Positions 53,201-64,000 of a stretch of 64,000 nucleotides of DNA are shown piece by piece; position 1 is the first letter of the stretch; each line of letters starts with the position of its first letter. The stretch is from the NCBI GenBank assembly GCA_002269645.1, contig NIVC01002420.1, forward strand, positions 62,001 through 126,000. Reading direction: 5' to 3'. A program made the position numbers and the translations under genes. The stretch comes from Macrostomum lignano. Taxonomy: Eukaryota. The notes under the pieces are model-generated. The model saw only the letters and a program-made list of their open reading frames with translations. It was not told where the DNA came from and made no database searches.

Positions 53201-56200
53201 TCGCCTAGAAGTGCTGTGGAGTAGCTGGTCCACCTAACCTACAGACACAACTCGAACAGATTTCTCTGTCTGTTTAGGGCTCTGGCTCTCAGAGCCGCCG
53301 AGAAAGTTTAGTGCCGAGAATGCTTCAGTTTGTTAGAATGCAATCAGAACAGATTCCTAGAAAGTGAGCTAGTCCAGCATCAAGGCAGAACATCTGGATG
53401 TGTAACGAGAGGCTCTCGGAGATTCCTGGCTCAGATTATCGCCTAGAAGTGCTGTGGAGTAGCTGGTCCACCTAACCTACAGACACAACTCGAACAGATT
53501 TCTCTGTCTGTTTAGGGCTCTGGCTCTCAGAAGGTGGTCCACATAACCTACAGACACAACTCGAACAGATTTCTCTGTCTGTTTGAAGCTCTGGCTCTCA
53601 GAAGGTGGTCCACATAACCTACAGACACAACTCGAACAGATTTCTCTGTCTGTTTAGGGCTCTGGCTCTCAGAGCCGCCGAGAAAGTTTAGTGCCGAGAA
53701 TGCTTCAGTTTGTTAGAATGCAATCAGAACAGATTCCTAGAAAGTGAGCTAGTCCAGCATCAAGGCAGAACATCTGGATGTGTAACGAGAGGCTCTCGGA
53801 GATTCCTGGCTCAGATTATCGCCTAGAAGTGCTGTGGAGTAGCTGGTCCACCTAACCTACAGACACAACTCGAACAGATTTCTCTGTCTGTTTGAGGCTC
53901 TGGCTCTTAGGTGGTCCACATAACCTACAGACACAACTGAAGCAGCTCTCTCAGTCTGTTTGAGGCTTTGGCTCTCAGAAGGTGGTCCACCTAACCTACA
54001 GACACAACTCGAACAGATTTCTCTGTCTGTTTAGGCTCTGGCTCTCAGAGCCGCCGAGAAAGTTTAGTGCCGAGAATGCTTCAGTTTGTTAGAATGCAAT
54101 CAGAACAGATTCTTAGAAAGTGAGCTAGTCCAGCATCAAGGCAGAACATCTGGATGTGTAACGAGAGGCTCTCGGAGATTCCTGGCTCAGATTATCGCCT
54201 AGAAGTGCTGTGGAGTAGCTGGTCCACCTAACCTACAGACACAACTCGAACAGATTTCTCTGTCTGTTTGAGGCTCTGGCTCTTAGGTGGTCCACATAAC
54301 CTACAGACACAACTGAAGCAGCTCTCTCAGTCTGTTTGAGGCTTTGGCTCTCAGAAGGTGGTCCACATAACCTACAGACACAACTCGAACAGATTTCTCT
54401 GTCTGTTTAGGCTCTGGCTCTCAGAGCCGCCGAGAAAGTTTAGTGCAGAAAATGCTTCAGTTTGTTAGAATGCAATCAGAACAGATTCCTAGAAAGTGAG
54501 CTAGTCCAGCATCAAGGCAGAACATCTGGATGTGTAACGAAAGTCTCTTGGAGACTCCTGGCTCAGATTATCGCCTAGAAGTGCTGTGGAGTAGCTGGTC
54601 CACCTAACCTACAGACACAACTCGAACAGATTTCTCTGTCTGTTTAGGGCTCTGGCTCTCAGAGCCGCCGAGAAAGTTTAGTGCCGAGAATGCTTCAGTT
54701 TGTTAAAATGCAATCAGAACAGATTCCTAGAAAGTGAGCTAGTCCAGCATCAAGGCAGAACATCTGGATGTGTAACGAAAGTCTCTTGGAGACTCCTGGC
54801 TCAGATTATCGCCTAGAAGTGCTGTGGAGTAGCTGGTCCACCTAACCTACAGACACAACTCGAACAGATTTCTCTGTCTGTTTGAGGCTCTGGCTCTCAG
54901 AGCCGCCGAGAAAGTTTAGTGCAGAAAATGCTTCAGTTTGTTAGAATGCAATCAGAACAGATTCCTAGAAAGTGAGCTAGTCCAGCATCAAGGCAGAACA
55001 TCTGGATGTGTAACGAGAGGCTCTCGGAGATTCCTGGCTCAGATTATCGCCTAGAAGTGCTGTGGAGTAGCTGGTCCACCTAACCTACAGACACAACTCG
55101 AACAGATTTCTCTGTCTGTTTGAGGCTCTGGCTCTCAGAGCCGCCGAGAAAGTTTAGTGCCGAGAATGCTTCAGTTTGTTAGAATACAATCAGAACAGAT
55201 TCCTAGAAAGTGAGCTAGTCCAGCATCAAGGCAGAACATCTGGATGTGTAACGAGAGGCTCTCGAAGATTCCTGGCTCAGATTATCGCCTAGAAGTGCTG
55301 TGGAGTAGCTGGTCCACCTAACCTACAGACACAACTCGAACAGATTTCTCTGTCTGTTTAGGCTCTGGCTCTCAGAGCCGCCGAGAAAGTTTAGTGCAGA
55401 AAATGCTTCAGTTTGTTAGAATGCAATCAGAACAGATTCCTAGAAAGTGAGCTAGTCCAGCATCAAGGCAGAACATCTGGATGTGTAACGAAAGTCTCTT
55501 GGAGACTCCTGGCTCAGATTATCGCCTAGAAGTGCTGTGGAGTAGCTGGTCCACCTAACCTACAGACACAACTCGAACAGATTTCTCTGTCTGTTTGAGG
55601 CTCTGGCTCTCAGAGCCGCCGAGAAAGTTTAGTGCCGAGAATGCTTCAGTTTGTTAGAATACAATCAGAACAGATTCCTAGAAAGTGAGCTAGTCCAGCA
55701 TCAAGGCAGAACATCTGGATGTGTAACGAGAGGCTCTCGGAGATTCCTGGCTCAGATTATCGCCTAGAAGTGCTGTGGAGTAGCTGGTCCACCTAACCTA
55801 CAGACACAACTCGAACAGATTTCTCTGTCTGTTTGAGGCTCTGGCTCTTAGGTGGTCCACATAACCTACAGACACAACTGAAGCAGCTCTCTCAGTCTGT
55901 TTGAGGCTTTTGCTCTTGGAAGGTGGTCCACCTAACCTACAGACACTACTGGAATAGATTTCTGTGTCTGTTTGATTGTGAGTTAATTTTATTTTCTACC
56001 TTTGTAGGAGCCTGTGGTTGATTTTGTTCGCCTGAGCTCGACGAGACTGACTGCGTTTCACCGAGATGAAGGTTAAAACGAACTGTAAAAGAAGATTCAA
56101 ACCACTAATTGACGAGAAATATAGAAAGGTTCATCATAGAGCTGAGATGACGAAAGCGGATTCGATGGCTGAGTAAGCTGAAATTCGTGAGAGAGGCAAT

Positions 56201-57043
56201 GACAGATCAATAATAGAAGCGGTCCCGGACCACGGAGGCAGGGAAGGTCCAGGAGAATATTTCGTAGAAAAAATAAGAAGATTAAGCCATCATCTGCGTG
56301 AACGAAAAGATGAAAGTCGGTAAAATGATTGGCTTATCATATGATTGCTCACCAACTCATTCAGTATAATAGGACTGGTGTAGTCAAATCAATTTAATTT
56401 CAGTTTCAGTAACTTTTGTCGTTATTAAAAATGCCCTTCAACTTCTTGTAGGCTCGTACTCGGATGACCTTTTTTAACTAATGGAATCTTACGTTTGTTA
56501 ACATGTATTTGAAGCATACATTTTGACCTAAATTAGTTTTAATGAGTTTACAGTTAGTATTTGATATGATTCGGTATTTATTTTCAAAATGCTTTATTTT
56601 CATTCACCTTCTTGTATTCACGCGACGCAACTAACTAATGCGATCGTACATTTGTTTAACCCGATTAACCTGATTAGTAATGCTAAATAAATTGGTTTGA
56701 ATTTGGGATATTTTCATTAAATGACGTCGTAACGCTTTTATCTGTTCTTTTTGAGAATTTCTGTTTTAATTAGTTCAAAAGAACAGTTTAAAGCAATAAA
56801 TTTTCTACAACGAAAGAGGTCTAACTAAACCAACTGTTTTTTTGCGGTCCACCTAACCCGGTCCCCAAAACGTAGTTAGTGAACCACCACAGTTTCCCCG
56901 AACTGGCTATTCCGTCAAGTTAACAAAAAGATAACCCTAGCTAGCCTTTCGCGTTGTCAAAACAGACTCTATTTTTTAACCGGAATTGCGTGGTCCACAT
57001 AACGCATTAACATAACTCAGGTCCCGCTAAACACACAGACAGT
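38203..57043. mobile_element. Putative ~18.8-kb TIR-bounded element containing a satellite array
   Basis: The left end actgtctgtgtgtttacgtggac (38203) matches the reverse complement of gtcccgctaaacacacagacagt (ending 57043) at 20/23, with the outer 16 bp identical. Subterminal ggtccac(c/g/a)taa motifs occur near both ends. No clear TSD or transposase. Confidence 0.5.
39910..55973. repeat. Composite satellite array, ~16 kb, with ~53 copies of a ~170-bp B unit, each accompanied by 1-3 ~67-71-bp A units (monomers ~238 and ~376 bp)
   Basis: A = ggtccacctaacctacagacacaactcgaacagatttctctgtctgttt...ggctctggctctcaga. B = gccgccgagaaagtttagtg...gtgctgtggagtagct. Period 238 bp at 44229/44467/44705; 376 bp at 40602/40978. 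Terminal units are more diverged. Confidence 0.98.
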
Positions 57044-57051
57044 CGTAAGAG

Positions 57052-57096
<45 letters not shown>

Positions 57097-57107
57097 GAAT
57101 GCCTGCC

Positions 57108-57170
<63 letters not shown>
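57052..57170. repeat. (TCTG)n microsatellite
   Basis: Directly visible, immediately outside the right TIR. Confidence 0.95.
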
Positions 57171-57176
<6 letters not shown>

Positions 57177-57654
57177 TTCCACAAGATTTTCCACAAGATG
57201 GATCCGTGACCCTAAACTGAAACGTAACCTCCGTAATCCAATTTCGTCAGTGAGCTTTTTCAGCATAAACATTGGCGTACGCAGAAACTGGGAGCTTTTG
57301 CGTAGCTTAAAAATGAACCAAGCTTGAAGGTTTGCAACACACAGCGAGAGCTGCTGCTTCACAGCGAGAGCTGCTTGTCCCCTAAAGCAACTGATGTTTT
57401 ATTCATTGATCAAGCGAGTTTTGAGTCCATCAATACCTGCTCAGAGCAACTTGAGCTCTCATCGCTCGTACAAGCTACGGAAAATGATTTAGGAATATTT
57501 TTTGAAAGTTGGACAACGAGGTGCACAGAGTGCGCATCGACACCCAGCAGCTGGTCGCCTCCTTCCCGACTCAGCGTTCCGGCTACCAACAGCTGGGCAG
57601 TGATGACACATGACTTGGGAGACACTGCTGAGAGAGTGCCAGGTCAAAGCCACG

Positions 57655-57890
57655 TCATAGCTAGGTCATAGCCGGGTCATAGCCAGGTCATAGCGACGTC
57701 ATATCCAGGACATAGCCGGGTCATAGTTAGGTCATAGCCGGGTCATAGTTAGGTCATAGCCGGGTCATAGCCAGATCAAAGCGAAAGTCATAGCCAGGTC
57801 ATAGCTAGGTCATAGCCAGGTCATAGCTAGGTCAAAGCCAAAGTCATAGCCAGTTCATAGCTAGGTCATAGCCAGGTCATAGTCAGGTCA
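57655..57890. repeat. 11-bp minisatellite (ggtcatagcca)n
   Basis: Directly visible. Confidence 0.92.
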
Positions 57891-58354
57891 ATTGTAAAAA
57901 CTTGTCAGTTCACGGCTGACAGGCTGACAGTTTTTATTAAGTCCACAAGTCTTCTACTTTTAGTTCCTTAAGTTGATTAAGAAATTTATTTCTTAAGATG
58001 ATAGTGCATATTTTATATAATGCTTATGATTAATATTATCACTAATATCCTACTAACAGCGATATATATAAATATTTGATTTCCTTTTTGTTTAGCATAG
58101 AATCGTAGTTAAAATGGTAATTTCTATTATATTCATAAAACAATTCGCATGCTAATGGTAAGCGCAATAATAACAATAATTTCTTTAAGTACATTGTAAA
58201 GGCGCTGTAAGATTTGGATTAATGATGAAATCATGACTAATATTTTCTGTTTCATACTAGCTAAAATAAGTTAATATTACTAATTAGCTGGTAGTATAAA
58301 TTATAATCTTGGTCTATCCCTCAGAAACTACATGAAACTGTTGTACCCCCCTCA

Positions 58355-59152
58355 GACAGAAACTGTTATATCCCCCAGACACTAACTGTTATATCCCCAG
58401 ACACTAACTCTTATACCCCTAAGACACTAACTGTTATATCCCCCAGACACTAACTGTTATATCCCCAGACACTAACTCTTATACCCCTAAGACACTAATT
58501 GTTATATCCCCCAGACACTAACTGTTATATCCCACAGACCCTAACTGTTATATCCCCAGACACTAACTGTTATATCCCACAGACCCTAACTGTTATATCC
58601 GTCAGACACTAACTGTTATATCCCCAGACACTAACTCTTATACCCCTAAGACACTAATTGTTATATCCCCCAGACACTAACTGTTATATCCCCAGACACT
58701 AACTCTTATACCCCTAAGACACTAATTGTTATATCCCCCAGACACTAACTGTTATATCCCACAGACCCTAACTGTTATATCCCCAGACACTAACTGTTAT
58801 ATCCCACAGACCCTAACTGTTATATCCCCAGACACTAACTCTTATACCCCTAAGACACTAACTGTTATATCCGTCAGACACTAACTGTTATATCCCCCAG
58901 ACACTAATTGTTATATCCCCCAGACACTAACTGTTATATCCCACAGACCCTAACTGTTATATCCCCAGACACTAACTGTTATATCCCACAGACCCTAACT
59001 GTTATATCCCCCAGACACTAACTGTTATATCCCCCGACACTAACTGTTATATCCCCCAGACACTAATTGTTATATCCGTCAGACACTAACTGTTATATCC
59101 GTCAGACACTAACTGTTATATCCGTCAGACACTAACTGTTATATCCTTCAGA
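58355..59152. repeat. 22-24-bp minisatellite (atatccccagacactaactgtt)n
   Basis: Directly visible. Confidence 0.95.
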
Positions 59153-61556
59153 CGCTCTGGTCCTGGCACAGCTCAGCATGAGGTGCCAGCTCCGCAGCAG
59201 GAGCCGGAAGCAGACTCAGTCTAATTCTGTGTCTACTCTTGACTGCCAAGGCCAGCTGGTGCAAAGTCATGTTGGCCACGGGTTCGCCTTCGAGTTCCAG
59301 CAGCTGGTCGCCTGGCTGGATGCCCTGCGGATTTTGTGAGGAGTCGAACAGACGGATTAGGATGAGGGAATGGGAATTATTGGGATCCGGGAATGAGGAT
59401 TGTTGGGATCAGGGAATGAGGATTATTGGGATCAGGGAATGAAGATTATTGAGATCAGGGAATGAGGATTATTGGGATCAGGGAATGAGGATTATTGAGA
59501 TTAGAGAATGAGGACTATTGGGATCAGGGAATGAAAATTATTGGGAGCAGGGAATCAGGATTATTGAGATTAGAGAATGAGGATTATTGAGAGCAGGGAA
59601 TCAGGATTATTGGGATCAGGGAATGAGGATTATTGGGAGCAGGGAATGAGGTTTATTGGGAGCAGGGAATGAGGATTATTGGGAGCAGGGAATGAGGATT
59701 ATTGGGAGCAGGGAATGAGGATTATTGGGATCAGGGAATGATAATTATTGGGATCAGGGAATGAGGATTATTGAGATCAGAGAATGAGGATTATTGGGAT
59801 CAGTGAATGAGGATTTTTGGAGCAGGAAATGAGGATTATTGGGAGCAGGGAATGAGGATTATTGGGAGCAGGGAATGAGGATTTTTGGAGCAGGGAATGA
59901 GGATTATTGGAGCAGGGAATGAGGATTTTTGGAGCAGGGAATAAGGATTATTGGGAGCAGGGAATGAGGATTATTGAGATTAGAGAATGATGATTATTGG
60001 AATCAAAGAATGAGGATTATTGGGATCAGGGAATGAGGATTATTGAGACTAGAGAATGAGGATTATTGGAATCAAGGAATCAGGATTATTGGGATCAGGG
60101 AAAGAGGATTATTGGAATCAAGGAATGAGGATTATTGGGATCAAGGAATGAGGATTATTGGGATCAGGGGATGAGGCTTGTTGGGATCAGGGAATTGATT
60201 TTTGGGATCAGGGGATGAAGACTATTTGGAGCAGGGAATGAGAATTATTGAGATTAGAGAATGAGGATTATTAGAATCAAGGAATGAGGATTATTGGGAT
60301 CAGGGAATGAGGATTATTGAGATTAGAGATTGAGGATTATTGGGGGCAGTGAATGAGTATTATTGAGATTAGAGAATGAGGATTATTGGAATCAAGGAAT
60401 GAGGATTATTGAGATCAGGGAATGAAGATTATTGGGATCAGGGAATGAGGATTATTGGGAGCAGGGAATGAGGATTATTGGGAGCAGGGAATGAGGATTA
60501 TTGGGAGCAGGGAATGAGGATTATTGGGAGCAGGGAATGAGGATTATTGGGAGCAGGGAATGAGGATTATTGGGAGCAGGGAATGAGGATTATTGGGAGC
60601 AGGGAATGAGGATTATTGGGATCAGGGAATGATAATTATTGGAATCAAGGAATGAGGATTATTGAGATCAGGGAGTGAGGATTATTGGGATCAGGGAAAG
60701 AGGATTATTGGGAGCAGGGAATGAGGATTATTGGGAGCAGGGAATGAGGATTATTGGGAGCAGGGAATGAGGATTATTGGGAGCAGGGAATGAGGATTAT
60801 TGGGAGCAGGGAATGAGGATTATTGGGATCAGGGAATGATAATTATTGGGATCAGGGAATGAGGATTATTGAGATCAGAGAATGAGGATTATTGGGATCA
60901 GGGAATGAGGATTTTGGGAGCAGGGAATGAGGATTATTGGGATCAGGGAATGGGGAATATTAAGGTCAGGCAAGTCAATTGTAAATGAATATTGTAGCAT
61001 TATCGAATGAAGTGACCAGGGATTATCTAAGGTTTATTAAAAACACTAAACTAGATAGTAATGCTGCCATCTGTATCGGAACAAACCTCATCACTAGCCG
61101 CACTGCCCGTCACCACAGAAGCCACCACAAACGGCGACCTCTGCAGCGGCTGCCGCAGCTCCCGCCCGGTGGCCAGGCGCACAGAAAATCCAAACGAACT
61201 CGCCGAAGCATCCTTGAGCAGCGTCACTCGACGGATCCGATCTTCGCTGCTCGATGATTGCGACGCCTGCGGCTGTCTTGCCGGACGTCCGAGTCGAAAG
61301 GAGCTCGATTGCTGCTGCTGCTGCTGTTGTTGTTGAAGCAGATTCTGGGACCAGAACTGGCTCCAGGGAAAATAGCCGCCGCCAGGTATTGCGGACATGG
61401 GAGACGCGGCCGCTACGGAGTGATGAAGCGCGTAAGAACCAGGATAAGGAGTCGACATTGGTACAAAGTAGAACCCGGAAGGTGGCGGATTTTGGCCGAA
61501 TGAGTTCGCTTGGTGATGAGGCTTTGGCGGCAGCTGGCTTGAGAGTGGGAAGTCGG
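59148..61556 (-). CDS. Partial PDZ-domain protein; exons 61087-61556 and 59148-59324, the second with a +1 frameshift near 59240 (assembly error or pseudogene)
   Basis: IRRVTLLKDASASSFGFSVRL...FVVASVVTGSAASDE|gtttgt joins in phase 0 to ccgcag|GIQPGDQLLELEGEPVANMTLHQLALAV, a canonical split PDZ. The expected final strand KSRHRIRLSLLP continues in a shifted frame. Confidence 0.72.
59380..60955. repeat. 23-bp minisatellite (gggaatgaggattattgggagca)n filling the PDZ-gene intron
   Basis: Directly visible. Confidence 0.96.
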
Positions 61557-61734
61557 CTGGATGTCGAGGAATGGAAATGATTTTTTGTAAGAAACTGCAA
61601 ATTAATATATGATCTATCAACAAAGTCAATCAATCAAGCAATCAAGCAATCATCAAGAAATCAATAATTCAATCAACTAATCAATTAATCAAATAAGTCA
61701 GGGTCGCTGATACACATTACTGGCATTTGAAGCA

Positions 61735-62980
61735 CTATACTACTGACAGGTGACACACTATATTACTGACAGGTGACACACAATATACTACTGACAGGTG
61801 ACACACAATATATTACTGACAGGTGACACACAATATACTACTGACAGGTGACACACAATATACTACTGACAGGTGACACACAATATATTACTGACAGGTG
61901 ACACACAATATATTACTGACAGGTGACACACAATATATTACTGACAGGTGACACACAATATATTACTGACAGGTGACACACAATATACTACTGACAGGTG
62001 ACACACACTATATTACTGACAGGTGACACACAATATATTACTGACAGGTGACACACAATATATTACTGACAGGTGACACACAATATATTACTGACAGGTG
62101 ATACACACTATATTACTGACAGGTGACACACAATATATTACTGACAGGTGACACACAATATATTACTGACAGGTGACACACAATATATTACTGACAGGTG
62201 ACACACAATATACTACTGACAGGTGACACACAATATACTACTGACGGGTGACACACAATATATTACTGACAGGTGACACACAATATACTACTGACAGGTG
62301 ACACACAATATACTACTGACAGGTGACACACAATATATTACTGACAGGTGATACACAATATACTACTGACAGGTGACACACAATATATTACTGACAGGTG
62401 ATACACAATATACTACTGACAGGTGACACACAATATATTACTGACAGGTGACACACAATATATTACTGACAGGTGACACACAATATATTACTAACAGGTG
62501 ACACACACTATATTACTGACAGGTGACACACAATATATTACTGACAGGTGATACACACTATATTACTGACAGGTGACACACAATATATTACTGACAGGTG
62601 ACACACAATATACTACTGACGGGTGACACACAATATATTACTGACAGGTGACACACAATATACTACTGACAGGTGACACACAATATACTACTGACAGGTG
62701 ACACACAATATACTACTGACAGGTGACACACAATATACTACTGACAGGTGACACACAATATATTACTGACAGGTGACACACAATATATTACTGACAGGTG
62801 ACACACTATATTACTGACAGGTGACACACAATATACTACTGACAGGTGACACACAATATATTACTGACAGGTGACACACAATATACTACTGACAGGTGAC
62901 ACACAATATACTACTGACAGGTGACACACAATATATTACTGACAGGTGACACACAATATACTACTGACAGGTGACACATA
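61735..62980. repeat. 25-bp minisatellite (ctgacaggtgacacacaatatatta)n
   Basis: Directly visible; highly homogeneous. Confidence 0.97.
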
Positions 62981-63454
62981 CTACTTTTGATGCATCATCA
63001 AAATTCACTTTTTGTTAAACTAAGATTTCTGTTCAATTCAATCAGCCAGAGAAGAGGGCCATTTGCTTCGAGGCAAAATGTCACCCAAGGATAAATTTTC
63101 TACCCCGTGGTTCATGCTGCATGTCTAAAAACCAAAAAAAAAATTGGAAGCGAAAATCCCCAATATCTCTTCGACTGCATGGGATCTTCCCAAGGGATGC
63201 AGGTTTGTTGTCAGTCAACCATTGAACTGCACAAGTCTTTTTTTTGCCATCGTACGACCGTATCAGCAAAGTGCACAGTTGCAGCGTGTGTGCGATGCGA
63301 TGGATGACAAGGGAAAGTTGATTTAGATAGGAATAGGAATTAATGATGATTAGAGAGAAGTGATCTGGTATAGCTAGTTTGCATCAACTGGTAATGAGCG
63401 CGAGGAAATAATTGGTTGGAAAGAGAGGGATGGAGAGGGAAATATTTCAGAGAG

Positions 63455-63895
63455 GGAGACAGAGAGAAGAGCGGGAGACAGAGAGAAGAGAGGGAGACAG
63501 AGAGAAGAGAGGGAGACAGAGAGAAGAGAGGGAGACAGAGAGAAGAGAGGAAGACAGAGAGAAGAGAGGGAAACAGAGAGAAGAGAGGGAGACAGAGAGA
63601 AGAGAGGGAGACAGAAAGAAGAGAGGGAGACAGAGAGAAGAGAGGGAGACAGAGAGAGAAGAGAGGGAGACAGAGAGAAGAGAGGGAAACAGAGAGAAGA
63701 GAGGGAAACAGAGAGAAGAGAGGGAGACAGAGAGAAGAGAGGGAAACAGAGAGAAGAGAGGGAGACAGAGAGAAGAGAGGGAGACAGAGAGAAGAGAGGG
63801 AGACAGAAAGAAGAGAGGGAGACAGAGAAGAGAGAGGGAGACAGAGAGATGAGAGGGAGACAGAGAGAAGAGAGGGAGACAGAGAGAGAGAGGAG
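63455..63895. repeat. 21-bp GA-rich minisatellite (gagagaagagagggagacaga)n
   Basis: Directly visible; explains the ORFs at 63340-63991. Confidence 0.95.
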
Positions 63896-64000
63896 ACAAC
63901 GAACACAAACAAAACACACATCTGCAATCGCTCGAAGAATCTGCACAAAAGTACACAGACTACCGGTTTTCCCAGATACGTTTAGCTCCATCTGCTGACA

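Noticed and set aside
39910-55973. CRISPR-like array (short recurrent motif separated by longer segments)
   Set aside because: The intervening segments are near-identical copies rather than unique spacers, there are no cas-like genes, and the context is eukaryotic.
39910-55973. Retrozyme or hammerhead-containing satellite
   Set aside because: I read both strands of the monomer and found no CUGANGA...GAAA core, only near misses (ctgaagc, ctgagag). Other ribozyme classes would need an Infernal/Rfam scan.
63060-63330. Possible upstream exon of the PDZ gene (ORFs 63081-63326)
   Set aside because: No coherent splice and phase solution and no recognisable motif.
63340-63991. Several 150-200-aa ORFs
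   Set aside because: Translations of the 21-bp GA-rich minisatellite.

Overview
Eukaryotic (metazoan) genomic DNA with GC-rich exons, AT-rich introns and many mini- and microsatellites. The style resembles a free-living flatworm such as Macrostomum, but that is inference only. Exons were assembled by hand using GT-AG sites and phase checks. Genes: (1) the last two exons of a TRPC/TRP-gamma-like channel (+, 819-3176); (2) a complete 5-exon EPHX3/4-like epoxide hydrolase (-, 7489-13341); (3) a 2-exon, ~1062-aa TRP channel with N-terminal ankyrin repeats fused to a TRPM-type MHR3/4-TM-TRP body (+, 17341-20749); (4) a complete 5-exon, 7-repeat delta-type protocadherin (-, 23311-32066); (5) part of a PDZ-domain gene with a 1-bp frameshift (-, 59148-61556). 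Mobile DNA: two Tc1/mariner remnants, each just after a TRP stop codon (one carries a nested foldback MITE), a Merlin derivative with perfect TIRs and an 8-bp TSD, a tRNA-headed SINE family, a LINE RT scrap, and a 24-bp palindrome flanked by 8-bp direct repeats. A ~16-kb composite satellite (39910-55973) lies inside an ~18.8-kb TIR-bounded element, and its short subunit resembles that element's own TIR. No CRISPR array, rRNA, tRNA gene or hammerhead ribozyme was found. Most long ORFs in the supplied track are repeat artefacts.
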